Below, one piece after another: positions 1-7,430 of a DNA stretch of 56,410 nucleotides (position 1 is the first letter of the stretch; the number at the start of each line of letters is the position of its first letter). The DNA is from a virus. Taxonomy: Duplodnaviria; Caudoviricetes. The position numbers were made by a program, and so were the translations under genes. Where the stretch lies: positions 1-56,410 of the IMG/VR virus record IMGVR_UViG_3300044708_000067; one strand, 5' to 3'. The notes under the pieces are model-generated. The model did no database searches and was not told where the DNA came from. It was given only the letters and a program-made list of their open reading frames with translations.

Positions 1-146
1 CCGGCGGCAGCCCAGGCGGCAGCCCTGGCGGCATCCCCGGCGGCAGCCCAGGCGGCAGCCCTGGCGGCATCCCCGGCGGCAGCCCAGGCGGCAGCCCTGG
101 CGGCATCCCCGGCGGCAGCCCAGGCGGCAGCCCTGGCGGCATCCCT
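1..146. repeat. 12-nt tandem repeat with a 36-nt higher-order period, coding [12 protein letters not shown] on the minus strand
   Basis: Units of the form ccNggcggcaKc read directly from the sequence. Nt 1-89 are identical to nt 56322-56410. Confidence 0.95.
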
Positions 147-545
147 CGTAGGGTAGTGTCTCCACGCCTTGCGCGGTGGACCTTGCGGCTTGAACCACGG
201 CACCTCTGCGATGGACGCGACTAACGCCTCTGAGTCCTTTGCCCACTGCGGCAGCGGCACGCGGGCCAGCACGGTTACGGAGCCGACGCGCCATTTGGTT
301 TCATCTTCGCCCAGCACCGGGCCTTCGGCTTGAATGCGCCACAGGCGAAACGGAAACTTGCCGTATTTGATGGCGTCCTTGATGGTCTTGCCGATGTGGA
401 TGCCGACGCCGCACGCGCCATTTACGTCGGCATTGGGGACGGTGAGCGTCGCGCCCTTCTCCCACGGACCAAATGCGCCGTCGTAGAACGAACGCCCGTC
501 AACACGCGCCGACTTGTAGCCGATGACCCCGGTATGCTTTGCCAT
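1..545 (-). CDS. 5' part of a phage protein (DUF7666-like N-terminal domain) with an Ala-rich [12 protein letters not shown] repeat; continues across the window junction
   Basis: Hand translation from ATG 545: [23 protein letters not shown]...CGVGIHIG...ETKWRV...WFKPQG...[15 protein letters not shown], open to the window edge. Absent from the ORF track because it runs off the end. Confidence 0.8.
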   Translation of the reverse strand, partial: MAKHTGVIGYKSARVDGRSFYDGAFGPWEKGATLTVPNADVNGACGVGIHIGKTIKDAIKYGKFPFRLWRIQAEGPVLGEDETKWRVGSVTVLARVPLPQWAKDSEALVASIAEVPWFKPQGPPRKAWRHYPTRDAARAAAWAAAGDAARAAAWAAAGDAARAAAWAAAGDAARAAAWAAA

Positions 546-805
546 CCGTCCAAACCCCCGTCACCGGCCTCGCGTCGCCGGTCTGCCATGATGTGCGGTG
601 CGTGCCGCCTTGCGCGCTATTGCAGCGCCGTCGCGTGCATCGTTGGCGGTGAAATGGTCGTAGCAGCGCGGTGTCAACGCAATCGGCACGGGCTGCCAGT
701 AGTCGGGCGCGAGGTACGCGGCGTGCGTGCCAGTGTACTCGTCGCCGCGCGCCCTCCACAGCCAGCAGCCGCAGGGCAGGCGCAGCAGGCGCGGCGTGGG
801 CTGGC

Positions 806-952
806 TCATGGCAGCACCGTGAGCGTGGCGAGCAGCGCGCAGACCAAGCCCGTGAAGGCCCCCACATCCACCCATCGCAGCGTCGCGTATCGCATGCGCC
901 ACAGGCAATGGAAATCGGCGGCAATGGTGGCAGCCGCGAGCACGATCAACAT
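806..952 (-). CDS. Small membrane protein
   Basis: MLIVLAAATIAADF...GAFTGLVCALLATLTVLP, with two hydrophobic stretches; overlaps neighbouring minus-strand ORFs in operon style. Confidence 0.45.
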   Translation of the reverse strand: MLIVLAAATIAADFHCLWRMRYATLRWVDVGAFTGLVCALLATLTVLP

Positions 953-1101
953 GGGCGCTCCTTTCGGCGTTGCGCATCGCTTTTGCGCACAAGCTCGATG
1001 TGCCGCAGCATTTGCGCCGTCGTGAGCTTGCGCCCCATTGCCCAGCGTCGGCCAATGCTGGCAAGCTCGGCGCGTTCTTTTGCGGTCAGCGCGGCCTTCA
1101 T
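946..1101 (-). CDS. Small basic hypothetical protein
   Basis: MKAALTAKERAELASIGRRW...; part of the tightly packed leftward operon. Confidence 0.45.
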   Translation of the reverse strand: MKAALTAKERAELASIGRRWAMGRKLTTAQMLRHIELVRKSDAQRRKERPC

Positions 1102-1177
1102 CGCGCCAGCAGCAGCAGCAGGCAGGCCAGGGCCACGGCGGCGAGCCACAGGTGCGCCGGGCCGGTGAGTAGGCGGC

Positions 1178-1393
1178 TCATGGCTGCATCACGTCGGCGG
1201 CAACGCGCACGCCGGGGTCTGCGCGGTAGATGCGTAACAGCAACCCGTCGCCGGTATTGAGCAGCGAGAGCAGGCCCCCGCGTAACTCGCCATCGTCACA
1301 GACCACGCTGAACTCAACGATACGCTCACGGGGCGCCGAATGCGCGTTCGCGGGACACCTGAGCGTCGCTGTCGGTTTGTTAATCCTCGCCAT
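1178..1393 (-). CDS. Hypothetical protein
   Basis: 71-aa ORF with GAGGGA upstream and globular-looking composition. Confidence 0.6.
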   Translation of the reverse strand: MARINKPTATLRCPANAHSAPRERIVEFSVVCDDGELRGGLLSLLNTGDGLLLRIYRADPGVRVAADVMQP

Positions 1394-1594
1394 GATTCCC
1401 TCGCTTTCTGCCAGCCCGCAGGCCAGCCGTTGCCGTGCGTTCAGCGCTGCCCGCTGCGACGGGCAGGCTCAGCGCGCGGCGGCTTACGCTGGCAAATACA
1501 CGTCGTGCCCTTGGCGGTCGCGCAGCACAGGCCACAAGCCGGGCCAGTCCACGGTAAAGCCTGCGACCTTCGCGGTGGCGTCATGCGGCTGGCC

Positions 1595-1930
1595 TTAGCG
1601 GATCACTTCGCATGGCGTCACGACGCGCCCGCCGACCCACGGCTCATCGCTCAGGCGGCTGCCGCAATCGTGGCAGCGCCAGCCATCCTCACCGGCGTTC
1701 GGGTCGATACCCCAGCCCGATGTGCCCTCAGACGAGCAGATCGAGCGCAAGGGCGCTCCGCTGCCATGCGTGCAAGCGGCTGCGGCTTCGTCGAGCCGTC
1801 CCGCTGCCCGTAGCGCTCGCATGCACTTGGCGCGCTTGCTGGCACTGCGGCCCGCGGCTTCGAGCTGCGCCATCTCCATGTCTGCGTCAAACCGCTCCGC
1901 GTCGATAGCCTCTCGATCGTTCCAACTCAT
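1595..1930 (-). CDS. Hypothetical protein with CxxC motif
   Basis: 111-aa ORF with WRCHDCG; first substantial gene of the leftward unit. Confidence 0.6.
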   Translation of the reverse strand: MSWNDREAIDAERFDADMEMAQLEAAGRSASKRAKCMRALRAAGRLDEAAAACTHGSGAPLRSICSSEGTSGWGIDPNAGEDGWRCHDCGSRLSDEPWVGGRVVTPCEVIR

Positions 1931-1993
1931 CGGACGTTCACCCCGTTCTGCCGCGCAGTGGCGGCGGTTAGCGTGTTAGCGTTCATGCTGCAT

Positions 1994-2058
1994 ACGGTAA
2001 TCGAGACCGCTCTCGAAGTCAATAGGGCTCTTGACTTTTATTTTGTGGGCGATAGGAT
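1994..2058. promoter_or_regulatory. Back-to-back sigma70-like promoters with a palindromic operator
   Basis: Minus strand TTGACT(2022-2017)-17 nt-TACCGT. Plus strand TTGACT(2031-2036)-16 nt-TAGGAT. Palindrome TCGAGA-ccgc-TCTCGA (2001-2016) lies in the leftward spacer. Confidence 0.6.
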
Positions 2059-2064
2059 GCGGGC

Positions 2065-2289
2065 ATGGATACTAAAGAAGCGGGGCGACGAGGAGGCGAG
2101 CGGGCATGGAAGAATCTGAACTCCGAGCAGCGCTCGAAGATCATGAGTGGGCGAAATCTCAAAGCGTGGCGTACTCGACGCCAACGCCAAGCGAAGTCTG
2201 CGAGTACTGCGGGCGACTGCGAACCTACCCGCGCAAGCGCCGATCCCGTCGCCGCTCTGGCGAGTGGCGTCCGGCGTACATCGTCCTAG
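2065..2289 (+). CDS. Small basic KGG-like putative DNA-binding protein
   Basis: EAGRRGGERAWKNLNSEQRSKIM resembles the G-R/K-x-GG...L-S/T-x-E-x-R-S-x-I small phage protein pattern. Confidence 0.6.
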   Translation: MDTKEAGRRGGERAWKNLNSEQRSKIMSGRNLKAWRTRRQRQAKSASTAGDCEPTRASADPVAALASGVRRTSS

Positions 2290-2749
2290 TATGCGGCTTT
2301 TGCGTCAGTCTCAGCAGTCGAGCCGGTCAGGCCGTGGGACGCGACGCTGGGTCTACCCTTGGCCGCTCTGAGGAACTGCAGAAGGAACAGAAGATCCGAC
2401 GAGGGAGTTCTAAGAAATGGAGTCTGGTGGAGGAACGACAATGAATGCAAGTGGCGAACAGCATTGCGCCCCTTGAACGGTGTTGCGAGCACCGGATCGA
2501 GGGGCGCAAGGCGGGAACACAATGGCTTGTGCGGCCACAATCAACACCCGCCAAGGGGAGGGTATTTGTGTAGTTTCCTATCACAAATGTACCACCCCTC
2601 CAAGCGGCTGCGCAAACTGACGGCATCAATGCGGCCGTGGAGGGTTGGTCGCCAAGCCTGTTAATGGCAGCCAGGTTGCTCCACTTGACAAAGGTCTGAA
2701 GATTGTTCAACAACAATCTTCGGGTGTTCCTAACTGGGGAGAACGGCCC

Positions 2750-3019
2750 ATGCTGACATTTCACGTTGATTGCGGAGACGGCTGGTATCGTGCCGTATGT
2801 CCAGAGCTTCGTGTTTACGGGGCCGGCCAATCACTGGAAGATGCCAAACGGAGTTTATTCGAAGCCGCACGCGTGACAGCGAAATACGTCTTAGGACTTA
2901 ACGGGAAGGCACACGCTGACGGAAGATTGCCCTACGCCGAGATCGTTGTAAGGAATTGGTCCAATGTGGCGGTAGTTTTTCAGGAAGCGACGGCCCAGCC
3001 CGCGTCGGTGGATCACTAG
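2750..3019 (+). CDS. HicB-like (partial RNase H fold) protein
   Basis: GWYRAVCPELRVYGAGQSLEDAKRSLFEAA matches the HicB N-terminal pattern. GGGGAG RBS precedes ATG 2750. Confidence 0.7.
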   Translation: MLTFHVDCGDGWYRAVCPELRVYGAGQSLEDAKRSLFEAARVTAKYVLGLNGKAHADGRLPYAEIVVRNWSNVAVVFQEATAQPASVDH

Positions 3020-3027
3020 GTCCACTG

Positions 3028-3156
3028 ATGCCCAAGGCCAAGCCCGTCTCACTCTGGCCGCTCTCATTCGACGACGCACTGCGCAAGCTGGTCAACACGC
3101 CTCCGCCTGAAAAGTCCGACAAGCCCCGCAAGAAGCGCAAGGCGAAGCGTGCGTGA
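3028..3156 (+). CDS. Small basic protein (SLxPLSFDDALRKL type)
   Basis: MPKAKPVSLWPLSFDDALRKLVNTPPP...KKRK, a short mobile-element-type microprotein. Confidence 0.6.
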   Translation: MPKAKPVSLWPLSFDDALRKLVNTPPPEKSDKPRKKRKAKRA

Positions 3157-3730
3157 CGCTGGCGTCGCCGTGCTGCTGCTCTGTCGCTGGCAGGCAATGC
3201 GTGGCGTGCGGCTCGCGCCCTCGGCTATGCGGTTAGCTTGCCGGGGTAGCTACGCACGCGCGTAGCTCTTGCGGCAGGGTAGTTTGACCCCACGCAGAGC
3301 GACTAACCGATCGGTCAGGCGCGCAGACCGGCAGCTGAGGCCCTGACCAGTCGGTCAGGCAGGCGAGCTGACCGGCCTCGCAGCACTGCGAGTACGCCTA
3401 TATGTAGTGGCGTGCAGGCAGCGAAAGCAGCGCTGCAGGCGATTGCGCAGCAATGCCGCTGCCTTGCGCAGTTGGCATGCGCGTCATAATGGTCGTTATC
3501 AGCCGCAGGCCGCTGGCACGCCTTGCATGCGGCTGCCGCTGCGGGCCGCGAGCCCAGGGGCCCCCTGCCCAGGGGATACCTTACCCGGCACCGTTAAGGG
3601 ACTGCCGTTCCACCTAATCCAACAGAGCCAAGCTGCGCGAGAATAGCTGGGCACGCCACTGCGGAGAGCGCAGAGCGCCGCCGCAGGGAGGCGAGCAGCA
3701 GCGACGGCAGGGACTCAAGTACTGCTCAGC

Positions 3731-3781
3731 GTGTAGCAGGCGTATAGCAAGGGCTTGCACTGCTACACGTTCTGCTATACA
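3731..3781 (+). promoter_or_regulatory. Four 8-bp operator boxes over a putative promoter
   Basis: GTGTAGCA 3731, GTATAGCA 3742, TGCTACAC 3761 and TGCTATAC 3773 form two pairs in inverted orientation directly upstream of an RHH-like gene. Confidence 0.55.
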
Positions 3782-3790
3782 AGGCTGGCT

Positions 3791-4435
3791 ATGGCAGTAG
3801 TGATGTTGAGGATGAGTGATGAGGAGAAGGGGGCGGTTGAGGCGGCGGCTTCGGCGGCGGGGATGTCGGTGACGAAGTGGGCGAAGGCGAGGATGTTGGG
3901 GGACGGCGCGGTAGCCCCGGCTCCTACCCCGGTTGCGTCGTCCACAGTGCCGACCAAGGATGAGTTCCGGCAGATGATCCGCGAGGCGATGGCCGAACTG
4001 GCTGGGCCGCCTGTGGCAACAACGTCCGCCACGGAAGTGCCGCCGCTGTTCACGGGCACCACGTACACGCCTGCCGAATCGGTGGCGCTCCAAGTTGCCG
4101 CTGTGCCGCCAGCGCCGCCGCTGGCAATGCCACGTCTGCCAACGACCCCGCGCAAGAGCTTCCAGCGGCACGGTGAGAAGCCGCCCAAGGGGGCGCCGTG
4201 CTGGGAGTGCTCCTGTCAGGGCGGCGTGATCGGCGGAACCTGCGCGATCACCAACTGCGAATGTCATACAGGGGTGCCCCGCGCGGAGCGCATCGCGGTG
4301 CCGGTGGTGGTGGTCGCGCCGACAGAGCCGGTGCCTTACGAGCGTTGCCGCAAGTGCATGACGCCGATCTGCACGCAAGGAAAGTGCTCATGTATCTGCC
4401 ACGGCGCATGGCGACTGGCGCAACCGAAGGTGTAA
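3791..4435 (+). CDS. Ribbon-helix-helix-like protein with Pro/Ala linker and C-terminal Cys/His clusters
   Basis: N-terminus VVMLRMSDEEKGAVEAAASAAGMSVTKWAK is RHH/MobC-like. C-terminus has CWEC...CECH and CRKC...CICH. Confidence 0.65.
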   Translation: MAVVMLRMSDEEKGAVEAAASAAGMSVTKWAKARMLGDGAVAPAPTPVASSTVPTKDEFRQMIREAMAELAGPPVATTSATEVPPLFTGTTYTPAESVALQVAAVPPAPPLAMPRLPTTPRKSFQRHGEKPPKGAPCWECSCQGGVIGGTCAITNCECHTGVPRAERIAVPVVVVAPTEPVPYERCRKCMTPICTQGKCSCICHGAWRLAQPKV

Positions 4436-4436
4436 G

Positions 4437-4823
4437 ATGGCCGTCGATCTACGGACCCGACGTGGGGTCATCGCTCAACTCGCGTCGCTCATTCAACGAG
4501 TGGCGAGTTCGACGGACCCCGCTGACCGTAAGGTGGAACTGGACGCGATCAAGGAATTGGGGAAGTGGACCAAGGCCAACAAGAAGCCGAAACCGAAGCG
4601 TGTTGAGCCTGCGCAACCGCCTCCACGCAAGCCAATGAGCCCCGAGCAGAAGGCCGTGTTGCTGGCGCGGCTAGGTAAGTACCGCAATCGCAGCAAGGAG
4701 GAGAGGGAGGCCGATGTACACGCACAGAGAGGAACGGACGGCGCACCGGATGGCGCTGCGGCACATCCAAGCCCTGCTGGAGAGCCTGACGATCCGCACG
4801 GCGACGGGCACACACCGAACTGA
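4437..4823 (+). CDS. Hypothetical protein, candidate terminase small subunit
   Basis: Helical, basic 128-aa protein upstream of terL. Assignment is positional only. Confidence 0.4.
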   Translation: MAVDLRTRRGVIAQLASLIQRVASSTDPADRKVELDAIKELGKWTKANKKPKPKRVEPAQPPPRKPMSPEQKAVLLARLGKYRNRSKEEREADVHAQRGTDGAPDGAAAHPSPAGEPDDPHGDGHTPN

Positions 4824-4995
4824 CTACTGCAAGCTGTGCCAGAAGCCCGCGCATGGCATCCCCTTGCAGCACTGGCGCAATATGTGCCCGTGCGGCAATG
4901 CGCGCGAGTTCTTGCACCTGCACCAGCCGCGCTTGGAGGAGGAGCGCGACGAGGAGCGGGCCATGCCAGTCAGTGACCCGCCTGTGCTGATCTGA
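4714..4995 (+). CDS. Small Cys/His protein
   Basis: GGAGG RBS before ATG 4714; CxxC...H...CxC motif; stop overlaps the next start. Confidence 0.5.
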   Translation: MYTHREERTAHRMALRHIQALLESLTIRTATGTHRTDYCKLCQKPAHGIPLQHWRNMCPCGNAREFLHLHQPRLEEERDEERAMPVSDPPVLI

Positions 4996-5348
4996 TGGGC
5001 GAGTTAGTCTACACAACTTTCACTCTCACCATTCCAGCGCGCCGCACCGATGGAACCAATGACACGGTGCGGCAGTGGTGTCGGCTTGGTGGGATAGGCA
5101 ACGAGAAGCCCGAAGATGTGTACCGCCTCGCGGTGATGGTGCTCCTCCGATGGGCAGACGAACGCGATGCCGTTTACGGCTCAACCGCAGGCGATCCGCC
5201 TATTGCTTTTGAGCGCGTGTTGCCCGTGGAGGTCGCAAGTGCCTGCTGGTTCCTGGGTCCACACAACCCAACCAAGGCGGCCGATTGGCTCGCGCTCGGC
5301 GCGGCAATGGATAATGCGGGCGTGACGATTACGTCCCGAGTGTGTTAA
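4995..5348 (+). CDS. Hypothetical protein
   Basis: 117-aa ORF coupled to the upstream stop, ending 10 nt before terL. Confidence 0.55.
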   Translation: MGELVYTTFTLTIPARRTDGTNDTVRQWCRLGGIGNEKPEDVYRLAVMVLLRWADERDAVYGSTAGDPPIAFERVLPVEVASACWFLGPHNPTKAADWLALGAAMDNAGVTITSRVC

Positions 5349-5358
5349 CGCTACAGGC

Positions 5359-6834
5359 ATGCTTGCCGACGCGCCCGACGCCGACCTTGCCGCCCGCCTC
5401 TCGGCGTCGCTAGGCGAGTGGTATCTGGCGATCAACCCCACGTTCACGTATGTGCCGTTCCAGCAAGAGCGGCTGATCCCCGCGCTCGTGCGCCATGTGC
5501 GGCGCGAGAGCAGCAAGCGCAAGCTCATGGTCATGATGCCGCCCGGCCATTCCAAGAGCTGCATCGGCACTAAGGCGCTCGTGCCGTGGTATCTCGGCAA
5601 CAATCCCGGCCACCACGCCATGAGCATCTGCTACGGCGACGATCTGGCCTACGACTTCGGCGCGGACATCCGCAACGTCTGTACGTCGGACATCGCGCAG
5701 GCAGTGTTCCCTGGCCTGCAACTGACGAAGGACTCGCGCTCGATTCGGAAGTTCACCACTGAGCAGGAAAACATCTACTATGCAGCGTCGTTCAACGCGA
5801 CGGTGGCCGGTCGTCGGTTAAACCTTGTCGTGATTGACGATCCGGTCAAGTCGATGGAGGAAGCGGAATCGGACGCGGCCATGTCGGCGCGCATGAAGAT
5901 TTACCGCTCCGTGGTCGATGCGCGTCTGACGCCTGGCGGCATCGTGCTGGCGTTCCTCACGCGCTACAGCCTGAGCGATTGGGCGGCGCGCGTGCTGCAG
6001 TTCGAGGGCGATGAGTGGGACGTGCTCGTACTCGACGCCGAGAACGAAGACGGCAGCTTCCTGTGGGAATCGCACTACGGCAAGGAGAAGTACGAGACGA
6101 TCCGGCGCAAAGACCCGGAGGTCTGGTGGTCAGTGTGGCGACAGCAGCCGCGCGCCTACACGGCCAACTACTTCGACCCCGCGTGGTGGCTCACGTACAA
6201 GCACGACCAAGTGAAGAAGGAGTGGCAGCACTACATGCTCTGCGATCCAAGCGCGGGCATCGAAGGCGACTCCGACCGCACGAGCATCATCGTGTTCGCC
6301 GCTGGCCCTGAGCGCCGCCTGTTCATCCGCGATTGGGTCTATGACCGCCTGGACCCGGACCAGCGCGCCGACGCCTGCTGCCGCTTGATCCGCAAGTGGA
6401 AGCCCGCGCGCTTCGTGTACGAGGAGACGGGCCTAGTCTCCGACACGTTCTACCTGACCAAGCGGCTGATAGCTGAGCGCATCAGCCTGCGGCCGATTAG
6501 CGTGGGCAAGCGCGGCCCGCGCTCGCAGCTCTCGAAGGACCAGCGCATCCGCGAGTTGGTCAACGACTTCCGCGAGGGCCTGTTGTGGTTTCCCGACCGC
6601 CTGCTGTACAAGTGCGTCAACGGTGAAGTCATCGACGTGATACAAGAGGTGCGCGACAACGAGTTCATCCCCTATCGTGGACGCCGTTCAATCCCGCACG
6701 ACGACGGGCTGGACAGCTTGTCACGCATACACGAACCCGAACTGAACATCCGCTACGTGCCTGCGCCCGACGAAGGCACGCACGACGACCAGCGCCGCAC
6801 GCAGCCGCGCGTTGGCTGGGAAGGCGTGATATGA
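5359..6834 (+). CDS. terL: Terminase large subunit
   Basis: Walker A MPPGHSKS, Walker B VVIDDP, nuclease motifs LCDPS...D and PHDDGLDSLS. Confidence 0.95.
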   Translation: MLADAPDADLAARLSASLGEWYLAINPTFTYVPFQQERLIPALVRHVRRESSKRKLMVMMPPGHSKSCIGTKALVPWYLGNNPGHHAMSICYGDDLAYDFGADIRNVCTSDIAQAVFPGLQLTKDSRSIRKFTTEQENIYYAASFNATVAGRRLNLVVIDDPVKSMEEAESDAAMSARMKIYRSVVDARLTPGGIVLAFLTRYSLSDWAARVLQFEGDEWDVLVLDAENEDGSFLWESHYGKEKYETIRRKDPEVWWSVWRQQPRAYTANYFDPAWWLTYKHDQVKKEWQHYMLCDPSAGIEGDSDRTSIIVFAAGPERRLFIRDWVYDRLDPDQRADACCRLIRKWKPARFVYEETGLVSDTFYLTKRLIAERISLRPISVGKRGPRSQLSKDQRIRELVNDFREGLLWFPDRLLYKCVNGEVIDVIQEVRDNEFIPYRGRRSIPHDDGLDSLSRIHEPELNIRYVPAPDEGTHDDQRRTQPRVGWEGVI

Positions 6835-7238
6835 TGGAAGCAGACAGCAGTGAAATGCCGCAAGCGCCGTCACCCGATACGTCGCTGCTGGAGATGACGC
6901 AGGCTGAACTACTCGGCCGCATCAGTCGCATGCAGGATGAGATAGACCAATCGCGTGAAATGGCGACACGACACGCGCAGGTCTCGCGATGGATGCAGTC
7001 ACAACTGATCTCGCTGTCTATGGATATGGAGAATTTGACGTGTCTACTGACAGCGAGTCTCACGTCAGAGGAGTTAGGTCAGCAATGGGTCTATGAGGGT
7101 AAGGCCCCTCGCCACGCGACGGCCTACGAATGTGAAGACTACGACATGGACCAGTACCGTTGGCGCATTGCTGACCTGCTCCCGTCCGTCAATGCGAAAT
7201 TGGCGTGGGTGGTGAAGGCCGCAGGGGTAAAGGGATGA
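6831..7238 (+). CDS. Hypothetical protein
   Basis: 135-aa ORF overlapping the terL stop (ATGA); coiled-coil-like N-terminal half. Confidence 0.55.
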   Translation: MMEADSSEMPQAPSPDTSLLEMTQAELLGRISRMQDEIDQSREMATRHAQVSRWMQSQLISLSMDMENLTCLLTASLTSEELGQQWVYEGKAPRHATAYECEDYDMDQYRWRIADLLPSVNAKLAWVVKAAGVKG

Positions 7239-7430
7239 TCCGCTGCCAGCACCGCGACGTGAGCGAGTATCGCCTGTCCGTCAGCACGCTGCTGCTGGCG
7301 TGGTGCCGCGACTGCGGGGCGACGCGGACGTGCTTTCGCGCCGGGCTGTGGACGCGCTGGCGGCAGCCTCGGCTTGCCAGCAGCGGGGCGTTGCGTGTAC
7401 AAGGGGCTATGGCTGGTGGAGTGGCGGCGG

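Noticed and set aside
1-146. Terminal repeats as a CRISPR array or true phage terminal repeats
   Set aside because: There are no unique spacers, the units are in-frame codons of a gene, and the 89-nt overlap is best explained as an assembly overlap.
330-1025. 231-aa plus-strand ORF
   Set aside because: It is antisense to a packed set of minus-strand genes and has no recognisable motif.
2017-3156. Intact IS element around the HicB-like and microprotein genes
   Set aside because: No transposase ORF, terminal inverted repeats or target-site duplication could be identified.
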